A stretch of DNA of 64,000 nucleotides, taken from the NCBI GenBank assembly GCA_964016885.1, contig OZ024744.1, forward strand, positions 54,622,001-54,686,000, read 5' to 3'. Positions 1 to 11,553 of this stretch are shown one piece after another. Within the stretch, counting starts at the first letter, position 1, and the number at the start of each line of letters is the position of its first letter. Made by a program: the position numbers and the translations under genes. A model generated the notes under the pieces. The model searched no databases, had not been told where the DNA came from, and saw nothing but the letters and a program-made list of their open reading frames with translations. This stretch comes from Eledone cirrhosa. Its lineage: Eukaryota.

Positions 1-1090
1 CTCTGGTGGATGGAGTTTGCTATTTGCTGGATGCTTTCCATTGTGTTTTTCTCTGGTTCCTGACTGTTCTTTAGTGGGGGTGTCTTAACTACGATGTTTA
101 TATCATCTACGTAGCGGGAGTACATTATCAGGGTTAAGCTGTCTTCTAATTGTTCATTAAGTTTTTGTTTAAGTCTACTGTCCCACCATACCATGAACAA
201 GTTAGCTATGTCGCCTGCAATGCTAACACCAATGGCTGCTCCTTCCTCTTGGGCATATGTTTTACCATTAAATTTGAACATATGTTCCTTAAGGGTTAAT
301 TTTATGCTGGCCCCTACCGCATGTGCAATCATTTTCTTCAGTTCATCGTGGTTTTCGGGTGTCCGTATGGCTCTGGTCCACCCGTTCCATCTATCTGTGT
401 GGGTTTTCTTGGCCATTGAGGTAATGGTAGGTGGTCTGCCTCTTGCTGGTCTTGTAGGGCACAGGTTGCTAAGGTCATAAGTGTCTAGGTAACTATTACT
501 ATGGGCAAGCTTAAGTAGAAGTCCCAGCTCACTGGTATCAATCCCACGGAACACAACCTTGCTCTCGCTGATCATTTCGACGCATTTCTCCACAGCAAAA
601 TCCACGTCAATAGATGGATACAGGGACACAACATCCATACTGCCTATTATGCAGTTTGTTAGGTCCCCAGATCGGTTACCCGCGCCGATTCTGCTGAGGA
701 GGTCCTCCGTGCTGTCACACACATCTGGGGACATCACAATGATGGGGCGTATGATCAGGGAGAGGAAGTAGGACAGTCTGTAGTTACTAGCAATGTTAGC
801 CCCACAGACTGGCCGTGTTGGTGGTCCCGCGACAGGGTCCCAGCCCGTTTTATGGTCTTTTCGAAACCCATACAACGCCGGCACGTCATTGTTCCAGGCC
901 TGGAAGTTGTTGGCAGTCCTTTTGTTGGGCTGCATTATATTTGTCCACATCACCATATGGGCATTGAGGGTTTTTTCTCTATCCTCATGCTCCTGTGGTG
1001 TTACCTCTCTTGTGTTAGTGATGTGGGGTTGCATTGCCTGGATGTAGTTTGGCAGGCTGTCAACCGACATTCTGCCAGACTTGTCTGTTG
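1..1090 (-). mobile_element. Penelope-like element reverse transcriptase fragment (runs off the left edge of the window)
   Basis: Manual minus-strand translation gives TDKSGRMSV (~1085), IIGSMDVVSLYPSID (~640), YAQEEGAAIGVSIAGDIANLFMVWWD (~260-180) and MYSRYVDDINIVV (~125-90), which are PLE RT motifs. Confidence 0.85.
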
Positions 1091-1144
1091 GTATGATAGC
1101 AATAAATAAACTCATGGTATGATAGCAATAAATACCAGAGTGTA

Positions 1145-1678
1145 ATGTTCATCAATACAACCCCTAGAGGCGAACTAGCCTACAAATTTAGAAGAGCCCT
1201 AAAGAAACATAATCTCAATATTAAGATAGTAGAAAGACCTGGTACCTCCGTAAAAACACTTATTAGCAAGACATACCCGTTCCAAAGACCCTCATGTATA
1301 GATAAGAAATGTATAACCTGTAAAATAAGCCCCCATATTAACTGTAAAACTAGAAATGTAGTATATAGCATAAGATGTACTGAAGGACAATGTAGAAACA
1401 AAAATATAGTGTACATAGGTGAGACAGCTCGTAGTATAGGGGAACGAATAAATGAACACTGGCGAGACCTCCAAGATAGTAAAGAATCATCTGTGCTCTA
1501 CCAACATGCTAAGATAGAACACAGGGGTAAATTAGAGAGCATAGAAATAAAAATAGAATCCACACACAAGAAAGACGCAATGTTTAGACAAATTACAGAG
1601 GCAGTAAGCATAAAAGAATTAAAACCAAAATTAAATAGAAAATATGAGTGGAACAGCAACATCACAACTTACAATTAA
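1145..1678 (+). CDS. GIY-YIG endonuclease, C-terminal part of a PLE ORF (inverted relative to the RT)
   Basis: CxxxxCxxC linker, NVVYSIRC...YIGETARSIGERINEH...LYQH...RQITEAVSI...KLNRKYEW. Confidence 0.88.
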   Translation: MFINTTPRGELAYKFRRALKKHNLNIKIVERPGTSVKTLISKTYPFQRPSCIDKKCITCKISPHINCKTRNVVYSIRCTEGQCRNKNIVYIGETARSIGERINEHWRDLQDSKESSVLYQHAKIEHRGKLESIEIKIESTHKKDAMFRQITEAVSIKELKPKLNRKYEWNSNITTYN

Positions 1679-1975
1679 GGACAAAATGAAAACACACACT
1701 CACATAGAACAAACAACTTACAATTGAAAACACACACAAAATGAAAACACACACAAGACAAAATGAAAACACACACACACATAGAACAAACAACCAACCA
1801 ACAACAAATAAATAAATAAACAAACAAATATAAATAGAAAAATAGAAAAATGAACACAAACACACACAGACACCCGGATGTGGCGCATGCGCAAACTGAA
1901 CACGCAACCCACACACAAACAAAATGGCGTAGGATAGAAGAAAGGAAAGGCAGAGAAACGAAGAAAGAAATCCCC

Positions 1976-2020
1976 AGTCACTGAAGAGGTCACAGAGTGT
2001 GTGACGAAAGAACTATGACT
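1976..2020 (+). ncRNA. Type I hammerhead ribozyme in the PLE 3' UTR/pLTR
   Basis: AGTCA-CTGAAGA-g-GTCACA gagtg TGTGAC-GAAA-gaac-TA-TGACT: stem I AGTCA/TGACT, 6-bp stem II, minimal stem III, 300 bp downstream of the GIY-YIG stop. Confidence 0.8.
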
Positions 2021-2171
2021 ATATATATATAAACAACTATCTGGTTGTGGAACCAACCAACCAACCAGAAATTTATAAATTTGTAAATTTATAAATATAT
2101 ATTAAATTAAATTGAAGTGAAAGCAACTGGTGCGTGTGTTTCTTATTGGCAACATGACCCTCCCAAAGTAT

Positions 2172-2237
<66 letters not shown>

Positions 2238-2768
2238 ATATGTGTTTGTGTGTTTGTTTATGGTTGCGCGTAAGTGTGTGAGTGAGTATGTTTTTTTGTT
2301 TTTTTGTTTTTTTGTAAATGTGTCTGTTGATTTTTGGCATATAGTTGATTAGTTTAAGAGAAGTTCGAAGATAATAGTAAGATATGCACTCAGTATTTTG
2401 AATCTGTCTGCAGAATTCTCTAGACCTTTGTCACTTAGTAGAACCTTAATGATTTTAGCTTTTAAAGAATCTCCCTTTTCTTTAATTCCATCGACCATGA
2501 CTGACCCCCCACTGATTTAATAGACATCTGTTAGCTTAAGAGAAACTTAATGACAAGGAATGGTATGCCATCCGGAACCTGTTTATAGAATTCTGTCTGC
2601 CCTTGTTACTCTAAAAACATAAATAAATAAAAATAAACTATAGCTTTGTAGAATTAGCTTTTAATGAATTCCCTTTTCTATCAACCAATGACCTGCACCC
2701 ATCCCACTCCCCACCCTCTCCTACCACTTGTAGAGACCTATAAATACCATTTTTATTTTTTGATACCC

Positions 2769-2819
2769 AGATTCCTGATGATTTCTAATGAATGAAACAG
2801 TTCTAGTCCTGTAGAATCT
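2769..2819 (+). ncRNA. Type I hammerhead ribozyme
   Basis: AGATTC-CTGATGA-t-TTC taat GAA-t-GAAACAG ttctagtc CTGTA-GAATCT: 6-bp stem I, full stem III, GUA cleavage triplet. Confidence 0.8.
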
Positions 2820-2901
2820 CATCTATATTAAAACTTTTATACTCTGCTATGTATTGAGTACCTTACTTACTGTGGTTACCTCCGATTCAACCCGGAATAA
2901 C

Positions 2902-3087
<186 letters not shown>

Positions 3088-3228
3088 ATATATACACACA
3101 CACATACATAAATACACACTTATACCTACATATATATATATATACATACAAATATACACAAACATATATATTTAAAAAACAACACATATACTAATGTATA
3201 CATGCACATACATATATACACCCACATA

Positions 3229-4818
3229 CATCATCATCGTCATTTTACATCCGCTTTTCCCTACTTGCAAGGGTGGGACGGGTCTTATTCAGCACAGCAT
3301 CTCTCCACTTGTCACGGTCCTTCGTCATCTCCACCGTGAGCTTCAGCGATCTGAGGTCTGTTCCAACCACCCCCGCCCATGTTTTTCGTGGTCTACCTCT
3401 GCCACGTCTTCCTTCAACTGGCCTTTCTTGGCACTTCACCCATCAGTCACCCTCCATGCGCATCACATTTCCATACCACCTCAGTCTCGTCTCCCGCACA
3501 CTACATTCTATCCCTCTCAGACACAGTTTCTCTCTCAACACATCCATGCTGGGTCGTTCTCGCACATTGACATTGCACATCCAACAGAGCATGCTTGCCT
3601 CATTTCTCTCCAGCCGTCGCATATCCTCTGCAGTTGCTGCCCATGTCTCACTACCATGCAGCATCGCGCTCCTCACACAGGCATCATATAACCGGCCTTT
3701 TGTACGCAGGGAAAAACCCTTCTTCATCAGCAGAGGAAGCAGCTCCCTAAACTTCTTCCAACCCGTCCTTATTCTAGATACTATGGCCTCAGAACACCCC
3801 CTCCTCTGCTAATCTGATCTCCTAGGTACCGGAAGCTATCCACCACTTCTATAGCACCCGCCTGCATTTGAGAAATGTGTCTGTCAATGCGACTTCTACT
3901 GTCTAATTTCCCAGTACATCTACTGCATACGTATTTCTCCCTACCTGTTAGTTTGCCTGCTATCCCACTACATCTCTTGTGTACCCAGGATCTGCAATGC
4001 GTGCATTTTATAGAATTTATGCCAGTTCCTTTTCTGCATATCGAACATGGCCATTTCCCTGACGGAATCAGAGTTTTGTCCTCTTTTCTACTCGTCAACA
4101 CTTTTGTCTTAGCTAGATTCACTCTCAGTCCTCTTGCTTCCAACTGCTGTTTCCATAGCCAGAATTTATTCTCTAGCTCCTCAACTGATTCTGCTATAAG
4201 AACCAGATCGTCAGCATAGAGAAGTTCCATGGGCAGCCAGTCTTAAACTCCTCTGTTATGGTTTGGAGGACTATAATGAACAAGAGCGGGCTGAAGACCG
4301 AACCTTGATGTACTCTTACTTGTATCTGGAATTCCTCACTAAACTCCATTCCTATTCTCACTTTACTGACAGCACCCCTGTACAAAGTTTGCACTGTCCC
4401 CACAAGCCATTCCTCAACACCTAGTTTCCTTAGGGACCACCAGATGACAGATCGGGGTACCCTATCAAAGGCCTTCTCTAGGTCAACAAAGGCTATGTAT
4501 AGTGGCTTATTCTTCTCTAAGAACCTCTCTTGTAATTGTCTCACCAAGAAGAGGGCATCTGTTGTACTTTTCCCAGGCACAAAACCAAACTGCATCTCAT
4601 CTAATTTGACCCTTTCTGCCACTTTCATAACCTGATCCATCAGTTGTATACCCCTATAATTGCTCCTCTCCAGAGCATCCCCTTTACCTTTGTAGCAATT
4701 TATGAGAATACTGCTGCACCAGTCTTTGGGTATGACACCACCATATACAGCCTGATTGATGATGCGTGCAACCAGTTTAGTGCCTACGTCCCCTGATGCC
4801 TTCAGCATCTCAGCAACT
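3229..4818 (-). mobile_element. RTE-clade LINE, 5'-truncated and frameshifted (RT, Cys/His finger, 3' end with (ATG)n tail)
   Basis: ORFs 4194-4898, 3781-4230 and 3443-3727: QFGFVPGKSTTDA, FVDLEKAFDRV, VHQGSVFSPLLF, LLYADDL, CSICRKG..CTHCRSWVHKRC, RLRWYGNVMR; tail of GAT repeats. Confidence 0.9.
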
Positions 4819-4977
4819 ATACATATATGCATACTCATACCTGCATTCATAGATACAAACATACATAAACAATAAAGACATAAATGCACACCTAACACTC
4901 ACATATATATGGTTATATACATTCACATATACACTTTCCTCCATACGTGACACATATTTTTGAAATTTGTTTTATAC

Positions 4978-5101
4978 GTTCTGAAGATGAGGTTCGACCA
5001 TAGTTCAATCCTAATATCTTCTAGATCTATCGATTCATATATTGATAGGTCTCAATCTTATGGATCGAATTGTGATTTTGTCCTCTGAAACAATTGTAAA
5101 C
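4978..5101 (+). ncRNA. Type I hammerhead ribozyme with very long stem II
   Basis: GTT-CTGAAGA-t-GAGG...(~90 nt)...CCTC-t-GAAA-CAATTG-TA-AAC. Palindromic stem III CAATTG; inner TTCGA.CCATA pairs with TATGGATCGAA. Confidence 0.7.
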
Positions 5102-5163
5102 AAATAAATATTTTTTCAAGAATTTGGTTGTTTTTTTCATACTATAATTTATATATATATACA

Positions 5164-5410
5164 TGTAGCGACTAGCGCCACCTTGCCCGGGGAGAAAAAA
5201 CTAATTGGAGTTACTTCCCCGTGGCCAGTATATAAGGGAGTGTTCCGACGTCATTCGACCTCACTTACTCTTTTTGGCGGCACCTCTCAAACTGGTCACA
5301 TCGAGCGCAAGCATGCTAACCTTTTTTCAACCATATCTTATAATTCAGGATTATACCTTGTCATGACACGAGGCACATTTGTTTACCATATTTGTAATAC
5401 ACGGACTACA
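5164..5410 (+). mobile_element. Putative solo LTR
   Basis: TGTAG...CTACA inverted termini and an internal TATATAAG; no clear target-site duplication (TSD). Confidence 0.5.
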
Positions 5411-5698
5411 ATATGTGGTTAGAAAAAGCTACCTCACTTACCGATTTTCACAGGTGCCGCTAGATCCCATAGCTGGTTTCTCCTCTTCCACGAGCGTACA
5501 ATCCAACTCGTCAAAACCGGGAGCTGCAACACTCGCGTCCACCACGTTCCTGATCACCGCTAGAGAGAGGCCGACCTGCTGGCCATTCCGGTCGAGCACC
5601 CTTCCGGCCAAGCACCCTTCCGGTCAAGCACTCTTCCGGTCGAGCACTCCCAAGCTTCCAGCCACCGCACACCACACCATACGCCCCCCCCCCCCATC

Positions 5699-7528
5699 TC
5701 AAGGATCAATTTCCCCCTCGTCCTTCTGCATATGAAAGTCTGCTGTCCAGGTTGGTGGTTTGCGACTTCTTTGCGATCTCTGCAGTGTTGGGGCGGCACT
5801 TTGGGTTTCCTCTTCCTCGGAGTCCGTTGACACAGTGATTCTACGGACATCCAGGACATGACGTGGTACTCCGTCCACGGACACATTGTTCTGGGAATTT
5901 ACGGCCGTCACCGTTCCCCTTCCCCATTGAGATGTGCAACGTGCATTTGGGGGCTTAACCCAGACTTCTTCGCCCACCTGCACGAATGCATTCTCTCTCC
6001 CCACTAGCCGTTGTGGTGGCGTGCACGGGTGCCGCCACTCGTATCTTAATACTGCTCTGTGTGGCACCGATTCCTCAACCTGTCCCACCCGAGGGGACAT
6101 GTTGTACCAGAACACTGCCTCCATTGGTGAGATGTGGCCCCGCTCCGCCATTACTTTGATCGTCCGGTGGTGTCGCTCCACGATTCCATTTCCGCTCGGC
6201 TTGTACGCTGCTCTGAAGAAACGGTCCACCTTCCATCCATCGAGCATCTCCCTCAGCGCCTCCGAGCGGAACGCTGTTGTCCATCAGCAGTTCGTCCACA
6301 GGGCCCCGCTCCAAGAACACCTCTCTCAACGTCCGCATGATTTCCTCGGCCGTTCCAGTCTTCATCTCCCTCCATATCGCCATCCGTCCCGGTTCACAGT
6401 CGACCATCAAGAGGTACGTTCCCTGTCAGTAGTGTGTTACATCCACCACCAATCGCTTCCAGTCGCGATCGACCGGGAGGCTTCCCGTTTCGTGCACACC
6501 CGGGGTGGGATCAATGGACTGACATCGGACGCAGCCTCTAACCACCCTTTGAACACTGTGTCTGTTAACGTCCGAGTCGATTCTCCTGGCTAGGAACAGG
6601 CTCCTATCCACTCCCATGTGGTGCATGTCATGCAACCCTTTCAGATTCGACTCGGTCAGCCGACACACGGCAGCTATCTCCTCCGGCGCTTCCATCCAGG
6701 CTTTCTTCACCCTGGTTAAGACGTCCGCCCTATTTTTCTCTGAGGGCACGAAAACTACGCTCAGCCTCAGGTCGAACTCGGTGGCCAGCTCTCCTAAAGT
6801 TCCCAGGCGACGCTTTATCAGCATCTCCGCCGCCCCTCTCGTTCGCACTCTCTTCTCACTGGTGAGCACTGATCTCACCCATCCGAGTACAGTAGCCGAG
6901 TCGGTGCGTATCTCGATGGTGTGCAGTCCCCACCTCAGGGCGAGGTTCACCCCTCTCAACACCGCGTCCAGTTCGGCCACATTGATGTGGTTGCAGTCGT
7001 CCTTCTTCCTAAGCCAGGTTGCATCCTCGACCTCTACATCTATCTTCAACGTGACATCCAGCGCTATGCTGCTGGCATCGCACCATACGGTCCCGCTCTG
7101 CGATTTGGAAACTTACCAGCGTCCCCGCACTGGGTCGTCGGCCTTCACCCTCTCCACGATCTCCTGCATCATGGCCACCGTCCTCTTTCCCACTCTGTCA
7201 CCCCTCCCGCTCGTCTCTTGACATAGCTGTATACCGTCCGGATCCACCCAGCAATCGGGTAGTGACCCACCAACTTTCCACACACCGAGAAAAGCTCCCG
7301 CTTACTCGTACGTGGGCCCAGTTCTGGAACTTCATTTCCCCTCTGGAATACTAAGACGCCCGTCCTGTCTCGACGTAGCCTAAGTCCCAGCGCGGCTCCT
7401 CCTTCCAACGCTTCTGACGGCTTCGCAGCCACTCCATACCCCTGTAAATGGCTCGTGACCTCCGCCGCCGACACTACAGACTCGTCCACTAGGATGTCGT
7501 CAATGTAGGAATTAGTGGCCCTCTTCAT
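5699..7528 (-). pseudogene. Gypsy RT C-terminus, RNase H and integrase (frameshifted ORFs 7169-7528, 6426-7049, 6075-6410, 5699-6247)
   Basis: YIDDILVD; INVAELDAV..TDS..NRADVLT; HDMHHMG..CVRCQ; GPVDELLMDN; GNGIVER. Confidence 0.85.
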
Positions 7529-8426
7529 CTTGTCGGTCTTTCGCCATGATATTCGGTGAGAAGCTCAGCCCGAAACCGAGCCTGGTCAGGCAATATGTCC
7601 GGCCCTTATATCTGACCAGCTGATACTGCCAGAGCTTCTCATCTATATGCAATTGGAAGTATGCCGACTTTAGATCTACGATTGCGGAACCCCCCGCTAT
7701 GCGTCTCCACTCACGCAGGGTTTCCCCACAGACATCCATGACCTCGCCACCCGTGTGGCACGACACGTGCTCGTTCAGCTCCTGAAAGGCCAGTACCGGC
7801 CTCACCTTATTCTTCGTGGGTTGCGCCACCGCCATTAACGGCAATACTCCGCACTTCACCTCCTCTTTCCAGGGAAGCAGTATGCCCTCCTCAATCCATC
7901 TCTCTACCTCTCGCTCGAACTTGCTCCTAATGTCTCCCTTCAATGTGTGTTGATAGCAGCCCACTTTGGTCTTCAGTATTGGTGGTTCTCCCTTCCAGTA
8001 CCACTCAACAACCCATCGCTGCCCATCGAATACGGCCTTGAAGTCTTTGTTCTGCTCAGTGTAAGCGGGGTATTTCTCCTCGCGGGCCTCCTGGTTCTCC
8101 TGTCGCGTACTCACAGCGCATACCGATGCGGCGCCGCCAAACGACACACCGACGTTGTTCACTGTGACGCCTCCTAGACGGCCAACTGCGTCCATGTCCA
8201 TAACCACGCCGATCCCATCCACCACGTTGTCGACTACGATGGCAGAAAGCCTTATTTTCCTTCCCCGTACCGCCATCTCCACCTCGCTGCGACCTCGGCA
8301 TTCAATTTTCCTACCGTCGACTGCCTTTACTCTGCTCTTCCCTCTCCGCCTCTGCGCCACCCCCGCGGTCACCAGTGTCGTCGTACAGCCCGTGTCCACG
8401 AGGGCTCGCTGTGGATTTCCCCTCAC
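7512..8426 (-). pseudogene. Gypsy aspartic protease and RT N-terminal part
   Basis: LVDTGCTT, KVRPVL.FQELN, DLKSAYFQ, YCLTRLGFGLS. Confidence 0.85.
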
Positions 8427-9226
8427 GAAGACTTCGACAACGGGCAGCGCCTCTACTCGTAAGGGGCAACTACCGGCGCAGTAGTTCCCCTTGGATCGTT
8501 TCCCTGGTCGCAGTTAGTAGCGATGTGGCCTGGTCGCTTACACCGGTAGCATATTATTTCCGGCCTTGACTCTTTACAGTCTCTCGCCATGTGCGGGCCC
8601 TGGCACCTAAAACAGCGACCTCTAAACGTTCACGGGCGACCGCGTGCCGTGGTTGCCTCCGTTTCACCATTTCGCTGCCAGCTGTCTTGGGCCTCTGTAG
8701 TTGCTATCGCCGCGACACTCTTCTTGGCATCTTCTGCTATGATGCGGGCTTGTAACCCGGGACTTGCTGCAGTTTCACCGCTATGTCGTGTGGAAATCCA
8801 TTTATGAACGCCAACCGCACCGTGCGTTCGCATTCTACCTGATATCCAGCCAACATGGCCAATCGCCGTATGTCCGCTGCGAAAATGTCAACACGTTCAC
8901 CGTTCCATCTAATTCTTGCCAACTTAGCAACAGCGGCTAACGGTCCCACCGCACACCACACCATACCCACACAATAAACGCAAGTTATTTTGATACTCGT
9001 TTTGAGAAGCTTATCATGCCTCAGTTATTACTTCAAATGTAGTGAGAGATAATTCTCACAAAAAGAAATTGTATGAAAAATTCTACTATATCTTATTTCT
9101 ATTAAATTTATTAGTTTGGATCCGGTGGTGCTTACTGGAGTAAGTAACCCTGGGACCAACCCACTAAATATATATATATATAATGAAAGAATGAAGATCG
9201 GCAGTACAACAAGGGGCTTTATTTCA

Positions 9227-9339
9227 AGTATTAACCATTGTTTCATTGATCAGGGGAGGCTAAAGGCCGCTAATCACTCGAAGTTGCGTCACTCGACCTT
9301 AAATACAGTGTTTACCTCTGATTAAATCCTCAGAATACT
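9227..9339 (-). ncRNA. Type I hammerhead ribozyme with long stem II
   Basis: Minus strand: AGTATT-CTGAGGA-t-TTAATCAG...CTGATCAA-t-GAAA-CAATGG-TT-AATACT; perfect 6-bp stem I. Confidence 0.7.
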
Positions 9340-9923
9340 AGAGAACTCACATATGGCAATGATATATATATAGATACAGCGTAGAATCAAAACAATATCA
9401 TCAATAATAAAATATAATGATAAAGAGGTAAAGAAGTTACAGATGTAAAAAGTTAAAAAAATAAGTTAAAAAATATACAAGTACAGAATACGATAGTTGA
9501 TAATAGTGGTGGTGGTGAGTAAGTGTATGTATAAAGATGTGAGGGTGGAGGTAATACTAACATGAAAAGCAACATTAGATATATACATGCATGCGTGGTG
9601 GTCAAATCTCAGAGGGTTAGAAGTAGAGAATAAAAGGTAGTAACAAATGACAGATAAAAGATTTAAAAAAAACAATAAATTAAAAATTAAGTGAGAGATA
9701 GGAGGATGAGACATAAGGGATAGGGCTAAGGACGGGGAAGGAGGATTTTGATATGTGTGTGTGGTAAATGTTTAGCGTGCTGATTGTCTTATCTTAATGG
9801 GGTTGATGTGGCTTCAGGGAGAGAGAGTGAAAGAAAGGTTAGGAGATTTATGATCTAGTGACCTGTCAGTCAGTTGACAGCTGATAACAGTGAGGTGGTA
9901 TGTATTCCGTACATTTATAATTA

Positions 9924-10032
9924 TTTCCGCCGAGGTTAACTTTGCCTTTCATCCTTACGGGGTCGATAAAATAAAGTACCAGTAATACACTGTTTTAATT
10001 GCTGGCCTTGTGCCAAATGTAGAAACAATTAT
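9924..10032 (+). mobile_element. tRNA-derived SINE family A, 3' part
   Basis: ccgccgaggttaactttgcctttcatccttacggggtcgataaaataaagtaccagt...ttgtgcc..agaaacaatt, shared with at least 7 other copies in the window. Confidence 0.8.
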
Positions 10033-10661
10033 AATTATTTCCACGGTTCTTCATGCAATCGAGATGTCCTTCATGCATTTGCTGTTGGTTATGAGAACGG
10101 TTTCCTCAGATGAAAACCGATGTTTGATATGTCGCTGGCTGGAAAAACACACGTCCTAATGCCTGTGTGCCCAACAGACATATGAGTTTTTGAAGGGTTT
10201 GCCCGCCGCCATGTTTGCTAGAAAAAACTATCAACGAAAAAGACGAAAAGAACGAAGAACTGTGTAGCCAAAACCCAGTAGACAGTGGAAGCAAAAAATG
10301 GACCTCTAAGGGAGGGTATATTTTGTTGACAACCAACTATAGACAACAACAACAACAACAACGACGACAACAACAACGGCAATAACAGCAAACCGCCGAC
10401 CAATATTGTCCACACTGGCCGCAATCGTCGTAGTGATATTACCACCCTACTGACAACAACTAAAGCAACAGCTACAATAAACACTTACAACAACAACAGC
10501 AACAACGACAACAACAGCAAAAACAGACCAGCGTCGTGTATACAGGCCGCAACAGTCGTAGTGACGGCATCACCCTGTCGACAATAACAGCGATAACGTC
10601 AAAACCCGGGATGAAATTAACATCATTCATACCCCCAGGAAGACACTGATAGGTTTCGACG

Positions 10662-11405
10662 GTGAGCTCTGAACTAGGAGAGCGTGGCCGGACAATTTCA
10701 CATCACGATGGGTCGAGTGACTCGGCGCAGGTTACTGACCTGGTGGGCCTCTACATCCTCAGGAACCTGAAAAGCGAGATCCCATCGGTAGGCGGTGGAA
10801 TATACCGCGACGATGCGTTGTTTACGCTATTCGACCACAGCAACATCATGATAAATAAGACTAGAAAAAGCTTAATTAGATTTTTCAAAAACCTAGGCCT
10901 CAGCATAGACATAGAAAATAATAGAAAGATAGTCAACTTCCTGGATGTTACCCTCAATCTAGAATCCGGCCTCTACTACCCGTACCACAAGCCGAACGAA
11001 TGCCTCAAGTACGTAAATGCCAACTCCAACCATCCTGGGTCAGTCAGGAGAGCCATAGTTAATAGCGTATCCCGTAGAATTTCTTCTCTGTTAGCTAGCC
11101 AGGAAACCTTCAATATCGTAGCTATCTATTATAATAATGCCCTTAATAATTCAGGTTACAAGGAAGGAATTAAGTTTATACCTAGTCTAATGAATTACGG
11201 TACCACTGACAGTAACACATCGGTAGCAATCAACGACGGGATCATCACGACTAGGACTTCATTACTCATCCCTAATACCACACTACAGAGTAATCCTGGA
11301 GGAACTGCTAACCATGGCTTATTACGAAGGGACAGGACCTCGCCTACTTTGGAAAACAAGGAAGCCGACACGGTGGAGCCGCGGAGGACATGTGTGGGCC
11401 CGTAG
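10662..11405 (+). pseudogene. Penelope-like RT fragment (YRDD type)
   Basis: DSAQVTDLVGLYIL..GIYRDD..NFLDVTLNL..YYPYHKPN..YVNANSNHP..RRIS..YNNALNNSGY; the C-terminal part loses similarity. Confidence 0.85.
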
Positions 11406-11553
11406 TAAGCGTGGAAGGTACGAACCGCTTCCCTCGCTATGAACGGAGACCACTCAGTTCGGGGTGCTCCGATCGGCTTAACCAACCCCACGGGGGGGGG
11501 GGGGGCATGGCTCTCCCAGTCGTCCGCAGCGAATATGTAACACATACTCTGAC

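Larger units (their letters stand above)
5414..8966 (-). mobile_element. Ty3/Gypsy LTR retrotransposon, decayed (gag-PR-RT-RNaseH-IN, PPT, 3' LTR 5414-5681)
   Basis: Gag knuckle CFRCQGPHMARDC (~8620), protease ALVDTGCTTTL, RT DLKSAY..RLGFGL..YIDDIL, RNase H CDAS..HINVAELDAV, integrase HH..CVRC and AAYKPSGNGIVERHHRTIK; poly-G PPT at ~5683-5700 next to the LTR. Order PR-RT-RH-IN. Confidence 0.9.

Noticed and set aside
193-1109. Plus-strand short ORFs
   Set aside because: Antisense shadows of the PLE RT; the same applies to ORFs opposite the Gypsy, RTE and Tx1 coding regions.
9032-9078. Hairpin GTGAGA/TCTCAC with HHR-like flanks (similar case at 59170-59212)
   Set aside because: Core nucleotides are too degenerate to support a ribozyme call.
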